64,000 nt of DNA from Candidatus Omnitrophota bacterium (GCA_029560465.1 JAKQKX010000069.1:6447-70446), one strand, 5' to 3'. Counted from the first letter of the stretch, positions 18,213-27,755 are shown. Notes: generated by a model from the letters alone, not told the origin. A program made the numbers and translations.

Positions 18213-18420
18213 GTCTTTCTAATACAAGTATATATCAAAAGACTATACGATTGCCAAATCCTCAGCGTGAATTAGAAAAAATTTAAATATTTTCTTGTGC
18301 CTCCCTTGACAGCGCGAAAGTGATGTGGCATACTTCGCGCAAATTCAATTACAAGATTCACCGCGGTTAGCAGAGAATTGATCTTGGTCTTGGCTTGACC
18401 AGCCAAAAGACTTGATAACA

Positions 18421-18488
18421 GGGCAGTGCTTGAGACAGTTATGTTCTATCTACGATATAACTTCAAGCGCTGCCCTTTTTTTTATTGG
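18421..18488 (+). terminator. Strong rho-independent terminator, possibly the 3' end of a small RNA
   Basis: 13-bp stem GGGCAGTGCTTGA / TCAAGCGCTGCCC (one mismatch), about 29-nt loop, then T8. A TTGACA box lies about 115 nt upstream at 18305-18310. No credible ORF between them. Confidence 0.5.
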
Positions 18489-18872
18489 AGGGTGTGTGCG
18501 ATGCGTGATTATCGGGCGTGTGTTCAGTTTCTTTGTACGTATTTTATCTGTTGTCTGTTGTTCGTTTACGCGGGGGTTCCGAAAACGGAACCATATTTCT
18601 TTAAGAAAAGCCGAGGGATAACGAGACGCATAAAAACTCAGGGCTATAGCCGTATGACAAAAGAAAGAATTACCGATAAGGATATTCATTACTATGTCAT
18701 AACAAAGGTCGTTTCATACTAATCAACAGAATAATCCCGGGGAGGTGTCTGTTCTTTTCTGCGGGTGAATGTGTCTGATGTGGTAAAACGCGACAAGCCA
18801 GCGTAGACCCACGTTCTACATTGTAGCTTTACGAAAAGAACAGATATCTCATAAAAGGAAACAAATCAAAAT

Positions 18873-18910
18873 AAAGCCATCCCAGATCTGGCTGTGGGGT
18901 GGCTTTTTGT
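18873..18910 (+). repeat. Copy 1 of a near-identical 38-40 nt hairpin + T-run element
   Basis: AAAGCCATCCCAGATCTGGCTGTGGGGTGGCTTTTTGT. Stem GCCAUCCC/GGGGUGGC. Copy 2 at 19892-19929 differs at 2 nt. Confidence 0.55.
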
Positions 18911-18944
18911 CTTTTATTGCTTAAATCACAAGGGGAGGGATGCG

Positions 18945-19112
18945 ATGGAAAAAGAAGTTTATTATGTCGAGTTTGAATCATGGAGGATTTCGGCCAAGAG
19001 CTTAAATGAGGCCTGTGCCGTTGTTCAGGCCAAATTAAACAAGGGAGAGTTCCCGGCCATAGCGTATATCGAGCTCGATAAAAGGATGCCGTTACGAAAG
19101 TGTGATTTATGA
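18945..19112 (+). CDS. Small hypothetical protein (about 56 aa)
   Basis: ATG after AAGGGGAGGGA. MEKEVYYVEFESWRISAKSLNEACAVVQAKLNKGEFPAIAYIELDKRMPLRKCDL. The track ORF starts earlier at 18894. Confidence 0.35.
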   Translation: MEKEVYYVEFESWRISAKSLNEACAVVQAKLNKGEFPAIAYIELDKRMPLRKCDL

Positions 19113-19173
19113 GGATAGCCGGTCATAAGGGAACGGTTTGACAGGTAAAACTAAAAACAGGGAGGTCAATGAG

Positions 19174-19461
19174 ATGATGGAAGAAACACTTCAAATGAGA
19201 GTCGCGGGGAAAGTAAGAATGATTGATAAGGGCCGTATCTTAAAAGCCTTTGTCGATATCTGTTTCAACAATGTAATTACTGTCAAGAGTATTCGAATTC
19301 TGGATGGGAAGAAAGGCTTGTTTGTATCCATGCCTCAGCACAGGGGCCGGGACGGTAAATGGTATGACACCATTTATTGTCCGAATACCCAAATCCGGGG
19401 AGAAATCAGCGAGTTTATATTATCCGCATACAGAAGAAATTTAGATTCGGATCGTAAATAA
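19174..19461 (+). CDS. spoVG: SpoVG family protein
   Basis: VKSIRILDGKKGLFVSMPQHRGRDGKWYDTIYCPNTQIRGEISEFILSAY matches the conserved SpoVG core (V.DI.VI.G.NGLFVAMPS.R..DG...DIAHPIN...R..I). GGGAGG 10 nt before the ATG. The track's start at 19138 is a TTG. Confidence 0.8.
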   Translation: MMEETLQMRVAGKVRMIDKGRILKAFVDICFNNVITVKSIRILDGKKGLFVSMPQHRGRDGKWYDTIYCPNTQIRGEISEFILSAYRRNLDSDRK

Positions 19462-19517
19462 TAAATTATGTGGTGCGTTTTTTACGGAGAAAAGGGAATG
19501 AATCAGGACTCCTGGAA

Positions 19518-19710
19518 AATTTCAAAATTGTTTCAATTTTGAAATGATTTTGAAAGACGCGGCGCTCCCATCTTCTTTTATTTCTAAGGGAATCTGTTCA
19601 CTTGCGTTCGCAGATTGTTCAAGACCACCCTTTCTCAACCATAGGTTTTTTAAGAGAAATGGTGGTCTTGAACGACCCTAAGAAATAAAAGAAAGGGAGC
19701 TGGTTTTTTT
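19518..19710. other. Highly structured non-coding region, candidate oriT of the adjacent conjugative element
   Basis: Nested inverted repeats. TTCAAAATTG..AATTTTGAA. An outer repeat of about 25 bp, GCGCTCCCATCTTCTTTTATTTCTAAGGG / CCCTAAGAAATAAAAGAAAGGGAGC. Inner AATCTG..CAGATT. A perfect 12-bp repeat TTCAAGACCACC / GGTGGTCTTGAA. Lies about 250 nt upstream of the replication-relaxation gene. Confidence 0.4.
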
Positions 19711-19891
19711 ATGAAGTAGAACAAAAAAATTCAAAAAGTATCGATCATTTGAACATACATAAGTGAACGCAAATAATATTTTCAATTGTGTGTAAAGAGG
19801 TTAATGTTGTGAATATTATCAAGTTTTACAATCCATAAAAGTTGACGGGTAAAGAGCAGGATCGCTACCTGCTTACCCCAAACAGTTATTA

Positions 19892-19929
19892 AAAGCCATC
19901 CCAGATCTGGCTCGGGGGTGGCTTTTTGT
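19892..19929 (+). repeat. Copy 2 of the same hairpin + T-run element
   Basis: AAAGCCATCCCAGATCTGGCTCGGGGGTGGCTTTTTGT. Lies about 35 nt upstream of the RBS of the 19966 gene. Confidence 0.55.
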
Positions 19930-19965
19930 TTGGGGGAAGAGATGATACCGAGAAAGGAAGGTTAA

Positions 19966-20706
19966 ATGAATGACATTCCAATCAAAATTGCAATTCTGAA
20001 GTTCGTCGCAGAGCAGGGGGTTGTCACGGTTGATGATGTGATGCGGAAGTTTGGCCGGTGGTCGAGTAGTGATCCGGTAAGGATGACCATGACGCAAGTA
20101 GGCATTACTCACCAGAAATTCGGTTCAGTGAAACACGGATTATGGTTCATTGATAAGCCGGAGCTTTTTGCCTTGTTGCGAAGATATTATCGGGACATCC
20201 CGAAATTCAAGGTCAGGGGCATGCGCCTTCTACTGAAAGTCCCGCACTCGTTAGGGGTGAATCATATTCGAATCGGGTTTGAAAAGTCTTCAAAAATTAA
20301 AGTCGTTGATTGGTGGAGTGAGGAATATATCCGGGCCTTGCCACCCGGTAAAAGGGATGGGATTACGGCCCATAAAATACCGGACGCGATCTTTTGGCAC
20401 CAGCGTAAAGATGGAACTCATAGCAAGTTTTTTCTTGAATATGAGCGTTCTTTAAAGGCCCCGCATCGTTACGGAAAGATATTCCAATTTTATGACAAGC
20501 GGGTTGATGTCAAAAACAAGAACGTTATTTACGTCTGCGAGACAGAGTTTGTCCGGGACAAGTTAATAGCCATTGAACAAGCTTTAGCGAAAGGAGGAAA
20601 AATCAAGGGAACGGGATTGAATTTCACATTTATCACACTGGATGAATTTAACAGGGCTTATTCCGAAGCCAAACAATCAAAGGAGGAGGACGATGAGAAA
20701 CTCTAA
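19966..20706 (+). CDS. Replication-relaxation family protein (putative mobilisation or relaxase-like protein of the element)
   Basis: N-terminal winged-HTH-like region. Downstream H..G.NH, PDAIF and FLEYERS motifs typical of the Replic_Relax family. Sits next to the T4SS genes. Confidence 0.45.
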   Translation: MNDIPIKIAILKFVAEQGVVTVDDVMRKFGRWSSSDPVRMTMTQVGITHQKFGSVKHGLWFIDKPELFALLRRYYRDIPKFKVRGMRLLLKVPHSLGVNHIRIGFEKSSKIKVVDWWSEEYIRALPPGKRDGITAHKIPDAIFWHQRKDGTHSKFFLEYERSLKAPHRYGKIFQFYDKRVDVKNKNVIYVCETEFVRDKLIAIEQALAKGGKIKGTGLNFTFITLDEFNRAYSEAKQSKEEDDEKL

Positions 20707-20980
20707 ATGGATATGTTTTGAATCTTGTTTTAAGACGCTGGCTTTGCTGGCAATTTTTGTTGGGCTTGCAACCCCGGCATTTGCTGATTTGGAAGGCAGT
20801 ATGGCAAGTCTGATGGATGCCATCAGGTCGCTGTCAACGCCGGTGGCGATCATACTGCTAATTTTTGCGGGTTGGCAACGTATGCTTGGGAATTCGCAAA
20901 TTTTTTATGCGGCGCTGATCGGGGCGGTCATTGTTTTTGCTGCGCCGATGATCGTGGAATTAATAAGCTCTGTATTCTAA
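20693..20980 (+). CDS. T4SS pilin, TrbC/VirB2-like
   Basis: Signal peptide MRNSKWICFESCFKTLALLAIFVGLATPAFA, then a hydrophilic stretch and a second hydrophobic helix. About 95 aa. Its start overlaps the upstream gene. Confidence 0.55.
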   Translation: MRNSKWICFESCFKTLALLAIFVGLATPAFADLEGSMASLMDAIRSLSTPVAIILLIFAGWQRMLGNSQIFYAALIGAVIVFAAPMIVELISSVF

Positions 20981-20994
20981 AGGAGGGATGAATT

Positions 20995-23769
20995 ATGCGT
21001 TCTTTCACGGAATCATGTCTGAGGAATCTTCAGGATAGGCAGCGGATTCTTGGCTTTGAGGAATTCGATCTCTTTATCGTTCTGGGGATTTTTATGACTT
21101 TGCATCTGTTTAAGGTTAACGGTTGTGTGTCATTGACCTTCACCGGGGTTGTGGCAGGGCTCCTTCTTTTTATAAAAAGAGGGAAGCCCGCCAAGACAGT
21201 TGAACATTGTTTGCAATGGTTCTTTAAGGCCAAACAGTACACAGCCGTTCCGCAATCGATCATTGAAGTGATTAAAGGGCGGGGCGTTGATATCCGGCTG
21301 AACGCTTTGCAGGAAATCCTGCCTTACAGCCACATGGAAGACGGCTTCTTGATTTTTAAGGATGATTCCCTTTCGGTCGGTTATTCCCTTGATTGTCCCT
21401 ATGCGGGGAATCTATCCGGGGAAGAACTTATTCGGCATTCTGCCATGATCGAGACCTTCCTTAATAATCTGACCGAGAAGGCGTCCTATCAGGTGATCTT
21501 TGATTTTGACGGTCATTACAGGGATGTGATTGAGGAACACAGTGAGATTAAAACAAATAACCGTCTCATCAGGGCCATGCACGCCCATCGCTTGGAGAAG
21601 CTGAAGGACATTGAGGACAATGGCACTTTCCGCCGCCCGCGCTGTTTTCTGTTTGTCAATTTCGCGGGAGGAGAGAACAGGAAACGCAAAGGTGCCATCA
21701 CACAGAGTTTCAAAAAGTTCAAGGACGTCTGTGAGGAAGATGTCCGAAGGCTTAAAACGGAATTCATCCGTATTCTGGAATTGGTGGAAGGAGGGTTAAG
21801 AAGCGGCAGGTTGTCATTCCGCCGCCTTAATGAACAGGAGTGTATGCGGTTTGTTTACGATTACCTGAACCCGGATAGGGTTCAGGCCGGGCTTGATTGT
21901 CCTTCTGCCAGAAAATATGAGTTGCTCCCCCGGCAGGTCTGTTGTTCGGATTTCTCCGTTGATTCATCCCGTGGAGAGTATATGCACTGGGGCGGACAAT
22001 ACCACAAGTTCATTACCCTCAAAATCGTTCCCGAATCCACTTATCCGATAATGCTGAGGGCATTATCAGGCCTGTCATTCAAACAGTTCGATGTTATTGT
22101 CAACTTTGAGGCCCCGCCCAAAGAATGGGGAAAAAAAACCATTGAATCCCTTCGTCGGCGTGAGTACGGGAATTTGCTGGGGATGATGGGGATAACCAAC
22201 AAAGATGCTGAAGTGAAAATCCAGCAGTACGAAACTTTGCTGGAAGAGATACAGCAAACCAACCAGAAACTTTTTCGGGCGCAACTGACCCTGCACGTAT
22301 ACAGCGATACGCTTGAAGAGGTAAGTCGTAATGCCTCGGAAGTCATCCGGCTGTTTTCCGGCATGAACGGGGCGGAAATGCACGATGAACGTTACGGCGG
22401 GGTTGTTCCAATATTCCTGAGCACCCTGCCCGGATGGACGAAGGAATCGTCCCGCTGGATATTACTGAAAACCCTGCATCTGTCCGACCTGCTTCCTTTG
22501 TACTCGGATTTTTACGGAAGCGGCCGGGGGGAGACTATCTTCTTTAACACTACACAAGGGTTGGCCGCTTATGATCCGTTTGCCAGCGATTTGCCGGCCT
22601 TTAATTCCATCCTGGTCGGACCCGCCGGCAGCGGGAAAAGTTTTCTGGTCAATCAGATTATCAACCAGTACAGCAAGAATGACGCCATTGAGGTCTTTAT
22701 CGACATCGGAGGGTCATACAAACGGCAGGTTTCTCTTAAAGGCGGGGAGTACATCAACCTGGGCCTGAAAGAGAAATTCACGATTAACCTTTTTGACCTG
22801 CCCGGAGGTAAGAAGTTCTCCGAGTTTAGTGATGAGGAGCAGAATGAAATCCTTGTCATGAAAACAAAGATCATCGAACAGATGGTCGGTAAGACAAGCC
22901 GTTTCGCTCAATCAGATCAGATTGTGGAGGACTTTATATCCCGCAGTATCCGTCATCTGTATAACACGGTCGAGTATCCGGTCTTAAGCGATTTCAAGAC
23001 GGCATTAACTCAGACGGCCAAAAACAACGACCAATGGCTTCCGTTCGTTCACCAAATTACCGGCCTCTTGGGAATATGGCTTTCCGGCGGGCAGTTCGGC
23101 GCTTTTACGGATGGACGTTCAACGATTTCCTTTGATAAAAGCATTGTCTGTTTTGACCTTAAAGGATTGGAAAACCAGCGCCTTCAAACGACGATGTTGA
23201 CCATTATTACGAATTTCGTTTGGGGGAAGTTTATGAGTGAGCGCGGGCGTCGCAAACTGCTCATTCTGGATGAGTGCTGGAAATTGCTGGCTACACCCGA
23301 GGCGGCCGGGTTTATTGCCGAGGCGTTCAGGACGTTTCGCAAATACGGCGCCGGGGCCATTTCCGTCACGCAATCCTTGAGTGACTTCACCAAAGGAGGA
23401 CTGGAAGACGCCATCCTTGGTAACGCCCATACCCGTTTTATCTTAAGCCAGAATTCAGCGCCTATTCTGCAGGGCATTGTCGATTATTTCAGGTTCAATG
23501 AACAGGAGAAACATCAAATCGAATCCTTAAAAATTCAGAAAGGCGAAGGGGCGGAGGTTTTCTTTTCACAGGCCAAGGGGCTAAAGCCGGTGAGCGGCAC
23601 AATCGTTATTTATCCGACACCGGTGGAGTATTGGGTTGCGACTACCGACGCGCTGGATATTGCCTGCTATGAGAAAGTTCAGGCGGATAATCCCGGTTTG
23701 TCTATGTATGACGTTATTTTGAAATGCGCTGAAGAGTATCCGCGAGGAGTTTCCTATACAAACAAATAA
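20995..23769 (+). CDS. T4SS ATPase, VirB3-VirB4 fusion (TrbE/TraC-like)
   Basis: N-terminal two-TM VirB3-like segment. Walker A VGPAGSGKSF, Walker B LLILDECWKLL. 924 aa. AAGGAGGG RBS. Confidence 0.8.
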   Translation: MRSFTESCLRNLQDRQRILGFEEFDLFIVLGIFMTLHLFKVNGCVSLTFTGVVAGLLLFIKRGKPAKTVEHCLQWFFKAKQYTAVPQSIIEVIKGRGVDIRLNALQEILPYSHMEDGFLIFKDDSLSVGYSLDCPYAGNLSGEELIRHSAMIETFLNNLTEKASYQVIFDFDGHYRDVIEEHSEIKTNNRLIRAMHAHRLEKLKDIEDNGTFRRPRCFLFVNFAGGENRKRKGAITQSFKKFKDVCEEDVRRLKTEFIRILELVEGGLRSGRLSFRRLNEQECMRFVYDYLNPDRVQAGLDCPSARKYELLPRQVCCSDFSVDSSRGEYMHWGGQYHKFITLKIVPESTYPIMLRALSGLSFKQFDVIVNFEAPPKEWGKKTIESLRRREYGNLLGMMGITNKDAEVKIQQYETLLEEIQQTNQKLFRAQLTLHVYSDTLEEVSRNASEVIRLFSGMNGAEMHDERYGGVVPIFLSTLPGWTKESSRWILLKTLHLSDLLPLYSDFYGSGRGETIFFNTTQGLAAYDPFASDLPAFNSILVGPAGSGKSFLVNQIINQYSKNDAIEVFIDIGGSYKRQVSLKGGEYINLGLKEKFTINLFDLPGGKKFSEFSDEEQNEILVMKTKIIEQMVGKTSRFAQSDQIVEDFISRSIRHLYNTVEYPVLSDFKTALTQTAKNNDQWLPFVHQITGLLGIWLSGGQFGAFTDGRSTISFDKSIVCFDLKGLENQRLQTTMLTIITNFVWGKFMSERGRRKLLILDECWKLLATPEAAGFIAEAFRTFRKYGAGAISVTQSLSDFTKGGLEDAILGNAHTRFILSQNSAPILQGIVDYFRFNEQEKHQIESLKIQKGEGAEVFFSQAKGLKPVSGTIVIYPTPVEYWVATTDALDIACYEKVQADNPGLSMYDVILKCAEEYPRGVSYTNK

Positions 23770-23789
23770 CCATTTTTATCTGTGAGGAG

Positions 23790-24155
23790 GTGTGTATGAA
23801 CACGATTAAGACAATGATAATTTTGTTGCTGGTTTTTGCAGTGTCGGGATGTACGACAACACAAAAACGTGCTTTTGCTTTTGGTTCTATCGGAACCCTT
23901 TTGGGCGGCGTTATCGGACATCAATCCGGCGACGGCGTTAAAGGGGCCGCTATCGGCGGGCTTACAGGGACGACTGTTAGTTTGGCGTTTGATACCGACA
24001 AGAAAAAGAAAACTCCATACGACAAGGGATATGAAGAAGGATACCGGCAGGGACAGGTAGATTATGCCAACAAAAATTGGAAAAAGAAAACCGGACAATG
24101 CGTTGGAGTAGTTTCCCCCGAGGAAACAACGGAAGGAGTTAAACAATGCGAGTAA
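23790..24155 (+). CDS. Lipoprotein with a glycine-zipper segment (VirB7-like position)
   Basis: Lipobox LLVFAVSGC. GxxxG-rich GSIGTLLGGVIGHQSGDGVKGAAIGGLTG. The start may be the ATG at 23796. Confidence 0.5.
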   Translation: MCMNTIKTMIILLLVFAVSGCTTTQKRAFAFGSIGTLLGGVIGHQSGDGVKGAAIGGLTGTTVSLAFDTDKKKKTPYDKGYEEGYRQGQVDYANKNWKKKTGQCVGVVSPEETTEGVKQCE

Positions 24156-24850
24156 TTATCATTCTTTCTGTCTTGATATTTTCTTTGAGTTCACCGGCTT
24201 GGGCGCTGAGTGATGCCTGGGCTATTTTGCAGCAAACCGCAACGCAGACGGCGGAGCACATCAAACGATTGGAAGAAGCCATCAAGCAGGTTGAGTTGGT
24301 GAAAACTCAAGTGGAGTTGGCTTTGGAAGCCAGCCGGGGATTCGACGGTGTGGACTTTATCAGCGATTTCAGGAATATTGTTCTTGAGACCAATGATATC
24401 CTTTCGGATCTTGACGGGTATATCACCGAGATAAGTAATATCTCAAGCGAATGGAAGGATATCTTCGGTTCGCTGGACAATTGGGTGGATAACCCCAAGG
24501 AGACTTTTGAGTATATCTCTATGGCGGATGATATTAATTCCGCTGGGTACCGAATCGCGGATACATTTCAGGACACGTATAAACGTAATGCCGAGTACGC
24601 CCAGAAATTTATCACTCACGCTAAAGGACTTAATGAGAAAGGGGCCTTAAAGCAGATCGCCGAACAACTGGGGCATCTTATGCAGATGCAGAATGAAGTA
24701 ATCTACATTCTCTCGCAATCGGTGAAACAACAAAGCATTGAAAACTCAAATCAGAATTCAGAAAGGAAAGAAGACATTATCCATCAGGAACAGGAAAATT
24801 CCGGAGTCAAACGGTTCATCCAATCGGCTAACCGAACCTTTGGCATGTAA
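24146..24850 (+). CDS. Secreted alpha-helical protein, VirB5-like minor pilin
   Basis: Signal peptide ...SSPAWALSD. About 210-aa mature helical protein. Position between the B7-like and B6-like genes. Confidence 0.45.
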   Translation: MRVIIILSVLIFSLSSPAWALSDAWAILQQTATQTAEHIKRLEEAIKQVELVKTQVELALEASRGFDGVDFISDFRNIVLETNDILSDLDGYITEISNISSEWKDIFGSLDNWVDNPKETFEYISMADDINSAGYRIADTFQDTYKRNAEYAQKFITHAKGLNEKGALKQIAEQLGHLMQMQNEVIYILSQSVKQQSIENSNQNSERKEDIIHQEQENSGVKRFIQSANRTFGM

Positions 24851-24864
24851 ACGGGAGGAATCAA

Positions 24865-25854
24865 ATGGACTTTATAATCGGGGTCATAAACAGTGATCTG
24901 GCGGGCATAATCCAACTGGGGCAATTCTTGCTCGGCGGATTCTTTGTCCTCGCCTGTTTCGTTACTTATTTAGGTGTTTTCCAAAATAAGGCCAACTGGT
25001 CGGGGTTGATTGTCAGGTTAGTTATCGGTTTTTTTCTCTTGCAGAACTACATCTTGGTTATGGAGACAACACGGGATATCGTTGCCGGTATTGATTTGAA
25101 GATCAGCCCTGACCAGAATGCGACGAATCAGTATGTCAACATGTGCGAGAATATGCAGAAAATTTATGAAGATAACCAGCAGAAAGGCTTCTCGTTGGCT
25201 GTCTTTGGGACAAAGACACTTCATAATTTTACGATTAACCTTTCGTTTATCTTTTATTCAATTGTTTCAAATGTTATGGATTCGGTTCGGACCGCGATTG
25301 TCGCCATTATTTACAAGCTGGGACCGATTTTAATGCCTCTGATCCTTTTCGATTCCACGAAAAAGATATTACAGGGATGGTTTACTTCTTATGTTTCTGT
25401 CCTGTCCTGGCCGATATTATGGCATGTTGTGTTGACGATAACCGTGGCGTTAAGCGGACAGATTAGTCCGACGCTGGACGGGATAGAGAAGTTCGCGATG
25501 ATGAATTTTGCCGTATGTTTCGTGTTGATATATTCTCCATTGATCGTAAGCGGTCTGGTGGCCGGAATAGGCGTTGGTGCCGCCGCTTCTCTTGCTTCTA
25601 TGGGAGCGGTCAATAAGGTGTCGGAAGGCGTACGAGGCAGCAGCAGGATCGCAGGAGGCGGGGTCGCGCAGGGATTGGAAGGAGTCGCAGGAGCTTTGGT
25701 AACACACAATTATTTGAAAATCCTTCCTATGGCCTTGGGTGGCGGAATCAAAGGTATGGCGGATAAGGCAGGTATCCATCTCTCCGAGGGAGAAAAGAGC
25801 ACGTTTCAAGCCATTAAGAATATGATGTCATCAAAAAAAGGAGGAGTTAAATGA
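24865..25854 (+). CDS. Polytopic membrane protein, VirB6/TrbL-like
   Basis: At least 5 predicted TM helices. Gly/Ala-rich C-terminal tail. Gene order. Confidence 0.5.
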   Translation: MDFIIGVINSDLAGIIQLGQFLLGGFFVLACFVTYLGVFQNKANWSGLIVRLVIGFFLLQNYILVMETTRDIVAGIDLKISPDQNATNQYVNMCENMQKIYEDNQQKGFSLAVFGTKTLHNFTINLSFIFYSIVSNVMDSVRTAIVAIIYKLGPILMPLILFDSTKKILQGWFTSYVSVLSWPILWHVVLTITVALSGQISPTLDGIEKFAMMNFAVCFVLIYSPLIVSGLVAGIGVGAAASLASMGAVNKVSEGVRGSSRIAGGGVAQGLEGVAGALVTHNYLKILPMALGGGIKGMADKAGIHLSEGEKSTFQAIKNMMSSKKGGVK

Positions 25855-26450
25855 GCGAACTGGCATTTAACCGGGCTATTCTGGAAAAGACTGTCCAGAT
25901 ATTGTCATTAATTGTCGTTGGTCTGGTTGTTCTGTTGATCTTGCAGTCGGCTTCATTGGTCGTTTCATCAAATCGGCCCCAGCAGGTTGTGTATTCGGGT
26001 GGGGAACAAATATTACCGCTTGAGACAAAGAATTATGAAGTTGACGAGATCATCCTGAAAAACTTTGTCAGATGGATAGCGAGGGAGTATTTCAGTTTCT
26101 CGCCGACATCATTGCCCAAGCAGATTGATAGTATCAGCGAGTATCTTACATCCGCTCCCAAGAAGGCCATCCTTGACGCTTATCAGAAAAACAAGTCTAT
26201 CATTCAGGAAGGGACATATTTTCAATTTGATATTGCCGAGGTCTCGATTGTCAAACAATCGAATCCTTATCATGTTGAGCTGTCCGGCGTCATGAGCATC
26301 ATTGACAGAAGCGGGAATTATATAAACGATCTCAAGACGTATGTTTTTGAGGTTCAGCAGGTCAAGCCGACGAAGGAGAATCCGTACGGGTTGAAGGTTT
26401 TGCGGATTCAGGAGAAAACTTTAAGCGAGAAAAAGGAGGAAACAAAATGA
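25851..26450 (+). CDS. VirB8-like bitopic protein
   Basis: N-terminal single TM (ILSLIVVGLVVLLIL) and an about 150-aa periplasmic domain. ATGA overlap with the upstream gene. Confidence 0.45.
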   Translation: MSELAFNRAILEKTVQILSLIVVGLVVLLILQSASLVVSSNRPQQVVYSGGEQILPLETKNYEVDEIILKNFVRWIAREYFSFSPTSLPKQIDSISEYLTSAPKKAILDAYQKNKSIIQEGTYFQFDIAEVSIVKQSNPYHVELSGVMSIIDRSGNYINDLKTYVFEVQQVKPTKENPYGLKVLRIQEKTLSEKKEETK

Positions 26451-26803
26451 GATGGCTTCTAATCGTTGGAATACTCTGTCTTTCCTTACCGGGATACGCT
26501 TATTCGGACACTTCTGTTTTAGGTGATATTCAGCGGACAAAGGATATTGTCCGCGTCTATGTTCACCCGGAATACGTCACTAAACTGGAATTCGCTGATG
26601 AAATCATGCTGGTTGTTGCCGGGGATAATTCGCTTTTGCACATCGAGCTATCTGGCGATAAGAAGGGTGTTCTAATTAAGCCGATGGACAGATCCGGGGA
26701 AACTAATTTGATTATCGACACACTGAGCCGAAAATTTACATACGAGATTGTTGTGTCAGATGAAAAACCGGCGGTTTACAGGCTTGATACGGCACAAAAA
26801 TAA
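26447..26803 (+). CDS. Small secreted T4SS-associated protein (118 aa; possibly a VirB9/TraK-like domain)
   Basis: Signal peptide MRWLLIVGILCLSLPGYAYS. Beta-rich sequence. Coupled start. Confidence 0.3.
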   Translation: MRWLLIVGILCLSLPGYAYSDTSVLGDIQRTKDIVRVYVHPEYVTKLEFADEIMLVVAGDNSLLHIELSGDKKGVLIKPMDRSGETNLIIDTLSRKFTYEIVVSDEKPAVYRLDTAQK

Positions 26804-26827
26804 ACTAAACGCGAGAGGAGCGAGAAG

Positions 26828-27754
26828 ATGAAAGTTCTTGATCTCTTATTTAAGAAAGACCATACCGGCAAAAGGACACCCACGATTTTAATGTGGTCGA
26901 TTATATGTGTAGGAGTGTTCGTAACTTTTTTTCTGTCGAAAGAAGAAAAGGTTGTTAAAGACAAAACGCCGGAGCAGGAGATTATCAAACGGCAGGATGT
27001 CACGAATGCCTCTATTGAAGCTAGTCAGAATGGAAAAAGGAAGGAGGATATTCTGGCTTCACTGTTATTGTCCGGCGCGAAAAAGGAAAAGGCAACGAAG
27101 GATAGCGAACGCCTAACCCGGAATAAGGCCGATGCTCAGGTTATCGTCTACGACAACACGAAGTCTTCGGATAAATACAAGGCGAAGCACAAGCTCCCGC
27201 TGGGAACAATGATTGAATGTATGCTGATTCATAATATCGTGACAAATAATTTTAGTTCTCCGGTCATAGCGCAAGTGGCGGATGATTTTTACTTTAATGG
27301 CATTCTGTTACTCTCAAGGGATACCCGTATTTATGGAGAAGCAAGGGCTGGGAGAGAGAGAGACCGGGTGTTGGTCGCCTTTAAGACAATTGTTTTGCAT
27401 GACGGCACGGAATTCCCGATTCAGGCCAGAGGTCTTAACGCCGACGGTTCAGGCGGGATTAAGGCCACAATCGTCAATGAATTCACGAAAGAAAAACTTT
27501 TGACAAAGGTCATGAATTTTTTTAGCGGGGCGTTTCTGGGTTTTCAGGAGAAAACAACCAACGCGATTACGGGAATTGATCAAGTTTCTGTCAATTCACG
27601 CAATGCCATATTGGAAGGAGGGTCAAAGGTCTTTAGCGAAGAGGCCAAAAGGATGCAGGATGAAGTACGTAACGCTCAAGGGTATGGCGTCATTGTCGCT
27701 GGAGAAAGACTAATTATTTACTTTGATGAATCCGTTGAAATAAGGACGAAATGA
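26828..27754 (+). CDS. VirB10/TrbI-like protein
   Basis: N-terminal TM (ILMWSIICVGVFVTFFL), Lys/Glu-rich linker, C-terminal beta domain. Gene order. Confidence 0.5.
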   Translation: MKVLDLLFKKDHTGKRTPTILMWSIICVGVFVTFFLSKEEKVVKDKTPEQEIIKRQDVTNASIEASQNGKRKEDILASLLLSGAKKEKATKDSERLTRNKADAQVIVYDNTKSSDKYKAKHKLPLGTMIECMLIHNIVTNNFSSPVIAQVADDFYFNGILLLSRDTRIYGEARAGRERDRVLVAFKTIVLHDGTEFPIQARGLNADGSGGIKATIVNEFTKEKLLTKVMNFFSGAFLGFQEKTTNAITGIDQVSVNSRNAILEGGSKVFSEEAKRMQDEVRNAQGYGVIVAGERLIIYFDESVEIRTK

Positions 27755-27755
27755 A

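Noticed and set aside
18873-19929. The two 38-nt repeats as attL/attR of the conjugative element
   Set aside because: They do not contain tRNA-like sequence, and the integrase lies 10 kb away at the other end. They look like hairpin + T-run terminator or leader elements. I kept them as an unexplained repeat family.
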